DNA from: a virus
Taxonomy: Duplodnaviria > Heunggongvirae > Uroviricota > Caudoviricetes
Reading direction: 5' to 3' (one strand)
IMG/VR virus record: IMGVR_UViG_648276647_000016
Coordinates: 1 to 34,499 of that record
Length of the DNA: 34,499 nucleotides
The notes under the pieces are model-generated. The model searched no databases, was not told the origin of the DNA, and saw nothing but the letters and a program-made list of their open reading frames with translations. Each line of letters opens with the position of its first letter. Within the stretch, counting starts at the first letter, position 1. Positions 25,333-33,251 of this stretch are shown piece by piece. Made by a program: the position numbers and the translations under genes.

Positions 25333-25370
25333 ATTATATAGGCGTAAAAAAATGCGCTATCGCGCTGGTA

Positions 25371-26156
25371 TTACTTGATAAATCCTGCCGCCTTTCCCCG
25401 CCTGTATTCCTCCATCAGCCACTGCGCCGGTGTTATTCCCCCCAGGGTGGCTGCGTTAGGCATGCACCCGAAACTTCGCCCTAGTGGATGGTAAACGTCT
25501 CTCCCTGTGTCCGGAGGTGTACTCATGGGTTCTGGCTTTGCCTGTATGCTGATCACTGGATCGGGTATCTGCTGTCCGGAAGCCACCTTTTTCGCCCAAT
25601 CATCGAGCAGCCTGCGCGCGTGTTTCTCAACCTCAATCTCGCTAAGCTGGCGCTGATACATTGCACGGCGGGTATCACATACGACCCAGTACATAACCGG
25701 ATGCCGCCACGGGAATCTTTCGGGACCGCCAGGATATAAACTTTTTTCCTTGCTGTACCGGTGAAACTCCGCCATCACATCGTCAATGGTGACACCAAGA
25801 ACCATCTTGCTGTCTTTGCACCACTTGATAAATTGCCCAGGCGACGGCCAGAACGGAGATTCACTGGCGCGGGCGTGGCGCATACCAGCAGAAACCTGTT
25901 CACGGGTTCGGATCCCACCTTCGGCAAACGCAGCAATCCACTGCTGTTTTGCAGCGACTTCCTGCTCTGGCGTCTTCAGGTTGGTTACCACTGCCGCCGG
26001 AAACAGTTGTTTCAGCTGTTTGAAAAGGGCATCAACAAGCCTCTCTGCTGACATGTTCACCACATTGTCATTGTTGACGTACTGATGCTCATAACCTGAC
26101 ATGCGAGAAAGGGCTTCTCCGTCACGGTTTTGTATCGCGGTAAAAACGTTGTTCAC
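25371..26156 (-). CDS. Replication protein P-like (DnaB helicase loader)
   Basis: GGIRTREQVSAGMRHARASESPFWPSPGQFIKWCKD matches my recollection of lambda P (NGITTMEQVNAGMRVARRQNRPFLPSPGQFVAWCRE). Start placed at the GTG at 26154-26156 after a GGAGGA Shine-Dalgarno, giving a GTGA overlap with the O stop. Confidence 0.75.
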   Translation of the reverse strand: MNNVFTAIQNRDGEALSRMSGYEHQYVNNDNVVNMSAERLVDALFKQLKQLFPAAVVTNLKTPEQEVAAKQQWIAAFAEGGIRTREQVSAGMRHARASESPFWPSPGQFIKWCKDSKMVLGVTIDDVMAEFHRYSKEKSLYPGGPERFPWRHPVMYWVVCDTRRAMYQRQLSEIEVEKHARRLLDDWAKKVASGQQIPDPVISIQAKPEPMSTPPDTGRDVYHPLGRSFGCMPNAATLGGITPAQWLMEEYRRGKAAGFIK

Positions 26157-26968
26157 AAGAAATCCTCCCACGCTTCAGGGCTGTTCCAGTGCGGAACGTT
26201 GTTATCAGGTAATGTTGATTGCTTCTGTCTGCTAATCTGCAGCCGCCTTGCCAGCTTCTGCTCCCACTGTGCCTGATGGTATGCCTTACCCTCAGCCATC
26301 CAGTAAATTCTGAATTCTGCAAGTTCCTGTGCCGTTGGCAGACTGTCCAGGTAGATTCCCTGCAATGAGCTTTTCCGAAGAAAGTCATCTGATGGTTGCC
26401 ATTGTTCATGCATGACAAATTTGCCTAATTGCCCTAGCCCACCAGGAGGAACAAAGTTATTCATCACGGCGTTGTTTGCGCCGGGGTCATGAGGCACAGA
26501 ATCCCCGGTTTTTGTCCTGCTCTCCCTCTCTTGGTTAAATGACTGGTTATATGACTGGTTCTGGATCCCGTTTTTGGGATCATTCAACATCCCGTTTTTG
26601 GGATCATTCAACATCCCGTTTTTGGGTATATTCCCGTTTTCGGGAACATTACCGTTTTCGGGTTTATTACACCCTTCTAGGTTGCCTTTAATGTTCCCTT
26701 TTTTGGTTATATTAAGAGAGAAAACCCGCACTCTTTTCGTCGCTCCCTTTCTCTCTCCGGTATCTGAAATAAGCCCCATTTTCATGAGCGATATAAGCCC
26801 GGCCTGTACGGTTTTTTTATTCAGGCAAGTGTCTTTAACGAGGCGTTCTATGCTGGGGTAGCAGAGGTTATATTCATCGGCTCTGTCAGCCATCGAGAGC
26901 AGTATGAGCTTTAATGATGAGCTACCTGGATCTGTCTCCCAGGCCCAATCTGTTGCATGTCTGCTCAT
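26153..26968 (-). CDS. Replication initiator O-like protein (N-terminal winged-helix, central repeat region holding the origin)
   Basis: 271 aa; strong RBS (GGAGATT); internal peptide repeats NDPKNGML are encoded by the DNA iterons; immediately upstream of P. Confidence 0.65.
   Translation of the reverse strand: MSRHATDWAWETDPGSSSLKLILLSMADRADEYNLCYPSIERLVKDTCLNKKTVQAGLISLMKMGLISDTGERKGATKRVRVFSLNITKKGNIKGNLEGCNKPENGNVPENGNIPKNGMLNDPKNGMLNDPKNGIQNQSYNQSFNQERESRTKTGDSVPHDPGANNAVMNNFVPPGGLGQLGKFVMHEQWQPSDDFLRKSSLQGIYLDSLPTAQELAEFRIYWMAEGKAYHQAQWEQKLARRLQISRQKQSTLPDNNVPHWNSPEAWEDFL
26564..26668. repeat. Origin iterons: two perfect 24-bp direct repeats (ATCCCGTTTTTGGGATCATTCAAC) plus three degenerate copies, each containing TCCCG-N-CGGGA-type dyad symmetry
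   Basis: Directly visible tandem repeats inside the O-like gene, followed by an AT-rich stretch (26669-26720), as in lambda ori. Confidence 0.7.
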
Positions 26969-26983
26969 GATTAATCTCCGCTA

Positions 26984-27250
26984 TCAGCTTGAGTGTTGTG
27001 GGGAGGAATTAATCATGATCTGCTTAATCTCTGCCCTGATGCGACGGTTTGATTCCATGGTGCACTCAACACAGTGTCCGTTGTAAACCCAGCGTTCACT
27101 GTCATGTCCGTGCTTACATGGTTTTCCGGTGTAGTAGCGTTTAAGTCCGCGCTTTGCGGCATCAATACGTGTAATGATTTCCATGGTAAGCCCTGTTATT
27201 AGTATTGGGATTACGGTTATTTTGTGCTGACACAAAAAAAGATCAACCAT
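26984..27250 (-). CDS. Hypothetical zinc-finger protein (early-right operon)
   Basis: C-x4-H ... C-x2-C motif (KPCKHGH...HCVEC); true start may be the internal ATG at 27182-27184. Confidence 0.4.
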   Translation of the reverse strand: MVDLFLCQHKITVIPILITGLTMEIITRIDAAKRGLKRYYTGKPCKHGHDSERWVYNGHCVECTMESNRRIRAEIKQIMINSSPQHSS

Positions 27251-27283
27251 ATTTGGTTTTTCATTACCTTTGAGGTACGAATA

Positions 27284-27312
27284 GATATGAAAAGACCGCC
27301 GGGTGGCGGTCT
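27284..27312 (-). terminator. Rho-independent terminator downstream of the cro-like gene (AGACCGCC-ACCC-GGCGGUCU + UUUUCAU)
   Basis: Perfect 8-bp GC stem at 27293-27312 followed on the minus strand by a U-tract; tR1-like position. Confidence 0.55.
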
Positions 27313-27333
27313 ACAGAGGATTGTGGCTGGATA

Positions 27334-27564
27334 TCATGAGTAGAAGAAGTATGCCAGTTCTGCTTTTGAGCGCAGCCATTGTCTTGTTTTACAGGCTTTA
27401 AAAAGCCCATTCATCAATACCTTACCTGGCATTTTGCGCTTACCTGTTAAGTGAGTCTGGATATAGTGACTCGTCGTTCCGGCTTCCTGTGCGAAGGCTT
27501 CACGCTCATCCGGAGTAAGTGCAAGCCAGTGCTTTTTGAAATCGAAATGTCCGTTATCGCTCAT
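27334..27564 (-). CDS. Cro-like HTH regulator (YdaS/Cro-type)
   Basis: 76 aa with an HTH-like segment (EAFAQEAGTTSHYIQTHLTGKRKMP); divergent from the repressor gene. Confidence 0.6.
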   Translation of the reverse strand: MSDNGHFDFKKHWLALTPDEREAFAQEAGTTSHYIQTHLTGKRKMPGKVLMNGLFKACKTRQWLRSKAELAYFFYS

Positions 27565-27600
27565 AGCTATTGCCTGATATTTATTTCAGATAATAAATAT

Positions 27601-27663
27601 TCACCCATAAGGTAACAAAAATCAAGGATAGTTACCTATGGGGTGCATTTACCTGTTGGGTAA
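27601..27663. promoter_or_regulatory. OR-like operator cluster: TCACCCATAAGGTAA (27601-27615), TTACCTATGGGGTGC (27632-27646), TTACCTGTTGGGTAA (27649-27663)
   Basis: Three copies of the TTACC-N5-GGTAA palindrome in the 154-bp divergent intergenic region between the cro-like and repressor genes. Confidence 0.6.
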
Positions 27664-27718
27664 TATTGCTTTAAATTGAATCACCTACTGATTCATATAT
27701 GAGGCGATTTTCCAGAAA

Positions 27719-28303
27719 ATGAAAAGTATCCAGGACGTCCGCAGGCAAAATCTCAACGACTTGATCGACCGTGAATTCAATGGTGTTCAGACGCGGATGG
27801 CAGAAAAACTTGGAACTCAGGCAAATCTGGTAAACCGCTGGGCTCTTGGCAAGAAGGTTATCGGCGACCAGGTTGCTCGAAAAATTGAAGCTGCCGCCAA
27901 TAAACCCCGTAACTGGCTTGATATCGATCGCTCGCTTTCTCATGAAGGTTTTCAGCCTGTCGGCCCAAGCGACATTGGTCAGCTGGCGGCTCACAACCTG
28001 GAACGCTGGATGAGCGAAAGCCGCGACCTTTCAACGCAGGGAAAACTTCACCGCGCATCCGGCGTCGCCCAGGTGACAATCAGCCGCCTGTTAAACAATG
28101 AGGTCAGCGTTTCCATTTCCACCCTGGAGAATGTTGCATCCGCATTCGGGCGTCACGGATATGAACTACTGATTCACCCGCACGACCCTGCGACTATCAA
28201 CTATGACCGCTCGCGCTACGCATTGTTACCCGAAACCGAGAAAGCAAAGATTGAAAGTTACATTGAATTTGTCATCAACCAGAACGAAAAAAGCAAACAA
28301 TAA
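27719..28303 (+). CDS. Prophage immunity repressor, tandem HTH domains, no S24 peptidase domain
   Basis: 194 aa with two XRE-like HTH segments (QTRMAEKLGTQANLVNRW and LHRASGVAQVTISRLLN); no Ala-Gly/Ser-Lys autocleavage module; divergent from cro and followed by a terminator. Confidence 0.65.
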   Translation: MKSIQDVRRQNLNDLIDREFNGVQTRMAEKLGTQANLVNRWALGKKVIGDQVARKIEAAANKPRNWLDIDRSLSHEGFQPVGPSDIGQLAAHNLERWMSESRDLSTQGKLHRASGVAQVTISRLLNNEVSVSISTLENVASAFGRHGYELLIHPHDPATINYDRSRYALLPETEKAKIESYIEFVINQNEKSKQ

Positions 28304-28322
28304 AACTATAGTTTTCAGCAAG

Positions 28323-28350
28323 TAAGCCGCCTCATGGCGGCTTTTTTATT
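28323..28350 (+). terminator. Rho-independent terminator (AAGCCGCC-TCAT-GGCGGCTT + TTTTTATT)
   Basis: Perfect 8-bp stem plus T-tract 20 bp after the repressor stop. Confidence 0.7.
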
Positions 28351-28360
28351 GCCCATGCTA

Positions 28361-28438
28361 TTACCTAATGGGTAATTTTTTTAACTCATATCTATTGACA
28401 TCAAACCAAATACGCATAATTATTACCTCAACGGTAAC
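28361..28438 (+). promoter_or_regulatory. PL-like promoter (TTGACA 28395-28400, -10 near 28417-28423) bracketed by operators TTACCTAATGGGTAA (28361-28375) and TTACCTCAACGGTAA (28424-28438)
   Basis: Consensus -35 hexamer, AT-rich -10, and the downstream operator lies over the predicted transcription start. Confidence 0.6.
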
Positions 28439-28456
28439 AGACCGAGGTAACAAGTT

Positions 28457-28609
28457 ATGCAGTGGAAAATCATCAACGGTTGGTACTGCGTTACTGCATG
28501 CGGATTCATGAGCTGGAAGTTCCGCACCTTACAGGAAGGCATTAAGTGGGCTTTCGTCAGCAAAGAAGCTCGCGATGTGGCCAATGATAACGAGATATGG
28601 GAGGGCTGA
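28457..28609 (+). CDS. Small hypothetical protein, first gene of the early-left operon (50 aa, Trp/Cys-rich, hydrophobic N-terminus)
   Basis: Hand-called (below the ORF-track size cut-off): ATG 28457 preceded by GAGG; stop overlaps the next start. Confidence 0.35.
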   Translation: MQWKIINGWYCVTACGFMSWKFRTLQEGIKWAFVSKEARDVANDNEIWEG

Positions 28610-28611
28610 TA

Positions 28612-28911
28612 ATGAACGTTAATCAGCAGAAAAATCTTCAAAAAATCATGCTGGCATTCGACAAGGACTACCGCCTGTCAGAACAGCTATATGACCGACA
28701 AGTTGAACTGATCGAGAGCATCCGGCTTCATCAACTGGCCTCAACTTTTGACGCTGTAACAGGCAAAGGAGTTCGCCAGGAAGTGCTGGAGGCAGCTAAA
28801 GACAGCCCTGAGTTCGAAGAACTTATGGATGCCTACCGGCGCGAGGCAATGGCTATTATCGCCCGCTGGGATCTGGCGGATCGGATTGATGGGCAGAGGG
28901 AAGCGGCATGA
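28612..28911 (+). CDS. Hypothetical early protein
   Basis: ORF from the ATG at 28612 (track start 28597 is further upstream in frame); stop overlaps the exonuclease start (ATGA). Confidence 0.45.
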   Translation: MNVNQQKNLQKIMLAFDKDYRLSEQLYDRQVELIESIRLHQLASTFDAVTGKGVRQEVLEAAKDSPEFEELMDAYRREAMAIIARWDLADRIDGQREAA

Positions 28912-29729
28912 AACCGGGAATTTATTTCGACATCAGCAACGAAGACTACCACGCCGGGGACGGCGTGAGTAAGTCGCAACTGGACATGGTTGCCAAGAAT
29001 CCGGCGCTTCTTAAATGGGTTCAGGCAGCACCAGAAGACGAAGAGAAAAAGTCTGCACTGGATATGGGAACCGCATTGCACTGTCTGCTTCTGGAGCCTG
29101 GAGAATTCAACAAACGCTTCATTGTTTCACCGAAATTCGATCGTCGGGCGAAACAAGGTAAAGCTGACGAAGAAGCATTTCTTCGTGATGTAGCGGATAT
29201 GGGGATTACGGTACTTGATGCCGAGCAGTGGCGGAAACTGGAGCTTATGCGTGATAGCGCAATGGCTCACCCGGCGGCACGCTGGATGCTGGAAGCACCT
29301 GGTTACTGCGAAGCATCAATGTACTGGAATGATGAAGAGACTGGTGAGTTGTGCCGCATTCGTCCAGACAAATGGCTGAACGAGCACAACGTGATCGTCG
29401 ACGTGAAAAAGGTTGCAGATATGGACCGTTTTGCACGCCACATCGAGGAGTTCCGCTACCACGTGCAGGACGCAATGTACCGCGAAGGAGCAATGAGGGT
29501 TACTGGTCAGCCACATGGTTTTTTCTTTCTTGCCGTGAGCGAAAGCATTGATTGTGGTCGGTATCCGGTACGCGTGTTCGAGCTGGATGCGCCGGATGTC
29601 GATGCCGGGCACGCTCTGTTCCGCCGGGATCTGAATACCTATCACGAATGCCGCATCAACGATGAATGGGGCGGAGTGGAAATTATTAAACGCCCTGACT
29701 GGGCACGTAAACAGGATATGTACGTATGA
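28908..29729 (+). CDS. PD-(D/E)XK-family exonuclease (RecE C-terminal domain / Cas4-like fold)
   Basis: 273 aa; N-terminal GIYFDISNEDYH and later IRPD...VDVKK motifs; translationally coupled to the annealing-protein gene. Confidence 0.65.
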   Translation: MKPGIYFDISNEDYHAGDGVSKSQLDMVAKNPALLKWVQAAPEDEEKKSALDMGTALHCLLLEPGEFNKRFIVSPKFDRRAKQGKADEEAFLRDVADMGITVLDAEQWRKLELMRDSAMAHPAARWMLEAPGYCEASMYWNDEETGELCRIRPDKWLNEHNVIVDVKKVADMDRFARHIEEFRYHVQDAMYREGAMRVTGQPHGFFFLAVSESIDCGRYPVRVFELDAPDVDAGHALFRRDLNTYHECRINDEWGGVEIIKRPDWARKQDMYV

Positions 29730-30607
29730 GCAATGATATCGCAATCACATCACAACCAGGCGCAACTGTAGGCACTGCTGCGGCAATATTCAGCCCCGAG
29801 GGCATGAATCAACTGGTGCGTTTCGCGGAGTTGATGTCACAAAGCAAAGCGACTGTACCGAAACATCTTGAAGGCAAACCTGCCGATTGTCTGGCGGTGA
29901 CCATGCAGGCGGCACAGTGGGGAATGAACCCTTTCGCCGTGGCGCAGAAAACGCATGTGGTAAACGGAACGTTAGGCTACGAAGCACAGTTGGTAAACGC
30001 GGTCGTATCCTCTTCCAGCCTGCTGGCGACACGCCTGAATTATCGCTGGAGCGGTGACTGGTCGAATGTTAACGGCAAAACAGATAAATCACCGAATCTG
30101 ACGGTAACTGTGTCAGCAGTTCTTAAAGGAGAAGCAGAACCCCGTGAGCTTACCATCAGTATGGCGCAAGCCGGAGTGCGTAACTCTCCATTGTGGGAAC
30201 AGGATCCGCGCCAGCAACTTGCCTATCTTTGCACGAAACGATGGGCTCGCCTGCACGCTCCTGATGTACTTCTCGGTGTTTACACCCCAGACGAATTACA
30301 GGAAACGGCACCGCGCGTTGAGCGAGACATTACTCCGCAAACGACCACTGCTGCGGGAATGAACAGTCTGATCAACGCTAAACCAGCGAAAAAGCCTGAT
30401 GAGCAAACGCGTAAAGAGGATAGCCGTGATCCAGAAGAAATGCTGATGGCCTTTACCAGCGCAGCGATGAATTACAGCACTGTCTCCGAACTGGATAAGG
30501 CTTACAAATACATTGCACAAAAACTTTCAGATGATGACGAACTGCTGGCAAAAGCCACCGACGTTTACAGCGTTCGTCGGGAAGAATTAAACGAAACATC
30601 TATATAA
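29726..30607 (+). CDS. Single-strand annealing protein, RecT/Redbeta family
   Basis: 293 aa; segments GMNPFAVAQKTHVVNGTLGYEAQL and ERDITP resemble my recollection of lambda Bet; paired with an exonuclease. Confidence 0.6.
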   Translation: MSNDIAITSQPGATVGTAAAIFSPEGMNQLVRFAELMSQSKATVPKHLEGKPADCLAVTMQAAQWGMNPFAVAQKTHVVNGTLGYEAQLVNAVVSSSSLLATRLNYRWSGDWSNVNGKTDKSPNLTVTVSAVLKGEAEPRELTISMAQAGVRNSPLWEQDPRQQLAYLCTKRWARLHAPDVLLGVYTPDELQETAPRVERDITPQTTTAAGMNSLINAKPAKKPDEQTRKEDSRDPEEMLMAFTSAAMNYSTVSELDKAYKYIAQKLSDDDELLAKATDVYSVRREELNETSI

Positions 30608-30656
30608 CCACCACCGCGGCGCCACGCGCGCCGCACTGCAACCAAGAGAGGTATTT

Positions 30657-30905
30657 ATGAAAGGTGCATTAGGTAAGAAGGAACTCCTGGCGGTGGTGCC
30701 ACTGTCATGGAGCACTATCGACCGTATGGAGCGCGCAGGGGAATTTCCTAAACGCTGGTATATCACTGACAAACGCTGCGCATGGAACCGTGACGAAGTT
30801 GAGCGTTGGCTTGATGAACGTCAGGCAGCAAGCCCGGCAGAGTTCCAGGGTAAAAAGCCTCCTGTTCAGCAACGTGTATATCGTCCTGTGAGCAACGCTG
30901 CATGA
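30657..30905 (+). CDS. AlpA-family DNA-binding protein (putative excisionase / transcriptional regulator)
   Basis: 82 aa; LLAVVPLSWSTIDRMERAGEFPKRWYITDKRCAWNRDEVERWL fits the AlpA/Xis pattern; strong RBS AGAGAGG. Confidence 0.65.
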   Translation: MKGALGKKELLAVVPLSWSTIDRMERAGEFPKRWYITDKRCAWNRDEVERWLDERQAASPAEFQGKKPPVQQRVYRPVSNAA

Positions 30906-31014
30906 GTGCGCTGCTAAGGCACTGGAGCAAATGGTCAGGATGGTACTTATTCCTGGCCTCTGTTTCAGCATGGCTTTATCTGCTGGCATTAATTTTCAGA
31001 GAGGGTTGGATTAA

Positions 31015-31314
31015 GTGAGAAAGTTAAGCCGACTTGAAAAATATCACATGAACAAGGTTTCAATGCGCCGTCCTTCAAAGGTTATCGCCGTTACTCCTGC
31101 GGCGATAGAGATCGAAAAACGCGCGATTGAAAGAGAGAAAAAAGGGCAATTCCGCATTGCCGCTCACCTTTGGCTTCAGTGTATGGATGTTGCTTCTGGT
31201 GATGTTGAACGTGCAAGGATCGCGGTTCGCAGGGACCAATGTATCACAAAAGGTAACGGCCTTCGCCGTGGCGACTATAGCGGTATAGGATGTTGCGGGG
31301 TGGTTTATGAATAA
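31015..31314 (+). CDS. PerC-like transcriptional regulator (tentative)
   Basis: 99 aa; GQFRIAAHLWLQCMD...ERARIAVRRDQC resembles the PerC/Pch G-W-R-AA-WL core as I remember it; start uncertain (GTG 31015 or internal ATG). Confidence 0.4.
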   Translation: MRKLSRLEKYHMNKVSMRRPSKVIAVTPAAIEIEKRAIEREKKGQFRIAAHLWLQCMDVASGDVERARIAVRRDQCITKGNGLRRGDYSGIGCCGVVYE

Positions 31315-32410
31315 ACAAAACAATAATATAAAAGGTAATATCATGAGCAAGGTAGGCGATTATTTCTTTGAATTTCCCGCATCACGAGGAACGCAGGGAA
31401 GCACTGTAATACTTATGATGACAGTACCAGCAAGAGCACTATCGAGAGTATTGGCAACCGACAATACGGGAAGTACCCTTGAACGTTCTCAACGTGAAAT
31501 TAATCCAACTAGGGTAAAAAAGTTTTATCAATATTTAGTCAACGCTTACGAGAAAAAGGAACCATTTATTGTTCCACCATTGGTCGGAAATTGTAACTCA
31601 GAAATAGAGTTCCATGAGATTGGAAATACTAATGTCGGTTTAGCTAGATTTCCTATGGATGCAGAAATAAAATTATTTGATGGACAGCATCGTGCTGCAG
31701 GATTAGCTGAGTTCTGCCGTAATTATGGTGAAACAATTATGATTCCTCTTATGCTTACGCATAACCTTCCTTTGAAGGCGCGTCAGCAGTTCTTTTCTGA
31801 CATTAATAATAATGTTTCAAAACCATCTGCAGCAATTAATATGGCGTATGACGGACGAAACGATGTTGCCCAAGAAATGGTGTCTTTCCTGTCGCAACAT
31901 GACACTTTTGCAGAAGTCACTGACTTCGAGCACAACGTTGTTCCGTCAAAGTCAAACATGTGGGTGAGTTTCAAAGCATTAAGTGATTCAACATCAAAAT
32001 TTTGTATTCATAATGGAAAAAAACTAGAAATTGGTAACATCGAGTCAGTATGGGAATCATGGTTATGTCTTACACAACTAGAAGCAATTCGCCATGGTAC
32101 AAAGCAATCAGAATACAAAAGAGAATATATCCAGTTTCATGCAGTGATGATTAACGCTTTTGGTTATGCTGTTCAGCAAATGATGGTTAATCACTCAATA
32201 AAAGAAATAATTTCAATGATTGAAACATTATGTGCAAATACTGACTTCGCAGAAAGAGAGAATTTTTTCCTAATGGATAATTGGGTTGGGATCTGCACGA
32301 AAGCAAGCCAGGAAAAACTATCAGTTATTGCCAATGTAGCAGCACAGAAAGCGGCAGCAAACAGGCTGATACAAGCCTTTACCAAAGGAAGTCTGGGAGC
32401 AGAGCAATGA
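31307..32410 (+). CDS. DGQHR-domain protein (DndB-like, ParB/Srx-fold)
   Basis: Contains the exact DGQHR signature (KLFDGQHRAAGLAEF); ~355-367 aa like DndB; gene is strongly AT-rich; alternative start at the ATG at 31343. Confidence 0.6.
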   Translation: MNKQNNNIKGNIMSKVGDYFFEFPASRGTQGSTVILMMTVPARALSRVLATDNTGSTLERSQREINPTRVKKFYQYLVNAYEKKEPFIVPPLVGNCNSEIEFHEIGNTNVGLARFPMDAEIKLFDGQHRAAGLAEFCRNYGETIMIPLMLTHNLPLKARQQFFSDINNNVSKPSAAINMAYDGRNDVAQEMVSFLSQHDTFAEVTDFEHNVVPSKSNMWVSFKALSDSTSKFCIHNGKKLEIGNIESVWESWLCLTQLEAIRHGTKQSEYKREYIQFHAVMINAFGYAVQQMMVNHSIKEIISMIETLCANTDFAERENFFLMDNWVGICTKASQEKLSVIANVAAQKAAANRLIQAFTKGSLGAEQ

Positions 32411-33054
32411 AAAAATACACGCTAATATATGCAGATCCACCCTGGGTATACCGGGACAAAGCCGCAGATGGTAATCGCGGCGCTGGTTTTAAATATCCGG
32501 TTATGAGTGTGCTGGATATCTGCCGCCTTCCTGTGTGGGATTTGTCCGATGAAAACTGTCTGTTGGCCATGTGGTGGGTGCCAACACAACCACTCGAAGC
32601 ACTAAAAGTTGTTGAAGCCTGGGGATTCCGTCTGATGACCATGAAGGGCTTCACGTGGATAAAATGTGGTAGTCGACAACCAGATAAACTAGTTATGGGT
32701 ATGGGACACATGACTCGCGCCAATAGTGAAGATTGCCTGTTTGCGGTAAAGGGAAAACTACCTCCGCGCATTAATGCAGGTATCGTTCAGTCATTTACCG
32801 CACCGCGGCTTGAGCATTCAAGAAAACCAGATGTCGTTCGTGAAAAACTTGTGCAATTGTTAGGCGATGTTTCTCGCATTGAACTGTTCGCCCGCCAGTC
32901 GTCTCATGGCTTCGATGTTTGGGGTAATCAGTGCGAAGACCCGGCAGTGCAACTACACCCTGGATACGCGTTGGATATTGGCGGATTAACAAATGCATTC
33001 AGCAATGCTCCGCTGTCACCAACAGACAACCAGGGGCGGGAGCGTGCAGCATGA
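32407..33054 (+). CDS. MT-A70-family DNA N6-adenine methyltransferase
   Basis: Starts MKKYTLIYADPPW (DPPW catalytic motif) with further conserved stretch HSRKP; start overlaps the DGQHR stop (ATGA). Track start 32281 is an upstream extension. Confidence 0.7.
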   Translation: MKKYTLIYADPPWVYRDKAADGNRGAGFKYPVMSVLDICRLPVWDLSDENCLLAMWWVPTQPLEALKVVEAWGFRLMTMKGFTWIKCGSRQPDKLVMGMGHMTRANSEDCLFAVKGKLPPRINAGIVQSFTAPRLEHSRKPDVVREKLVQLLGDVSRIELFARQSSHGFDVWGNQCEDPAVQLHPGYALDIGGLTNAFSNAPLSPTDNQGRERAA

Positions 33055-33245
33055 ACAGGGCATCACCAGCAGATTTAAGGAAATGCCTTGAAACTGCAAA
33101 CATGCTTGCACACAGCGGGATCAGGTTTGTTCCAATTCCCGCTGTCACTGATGCTGAATTTGCAACACTGTCAGCAATATTCGCAGATAAAATTGAATCA
33201 CTGGCAGCAGAAGCCGAGATGGAAGAAAATCAGCAGAATAATTAA
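33051..33245 (+). CDS. Small conserved hypothetical protein (64 aa)
   Basis: ATG overlapping the methyltransferase stop (ATGA); last gene before the convergent integrase. Confidence 0.4.
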   Translation: MNRASPADLRKCLETANMLAHSGIRFVPIPAVTDAEFATLSAIFADKIESLAAEAEMEENQQNN

Positions 33246-33251
33246 ACGTTA

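Noticed and set aside
26564-26668. Tandem repeats considered as a possible CRISPR array
   Set aside because: Repeats are contiguous with no spacers, lie inside a coding sequence and match the iteron pattern of a lambda-type origin.
28303-28316. AT-only palindrome AAAACTATAGTTTT right after the repressor stop, considered as an operator or terminator
   Set aside because: Too AT-rich to form a stable hairpin and unrelated to the TTACC-N5-GGTAA motif; the GC hairpin at 28323-28350 is the likely terminator.
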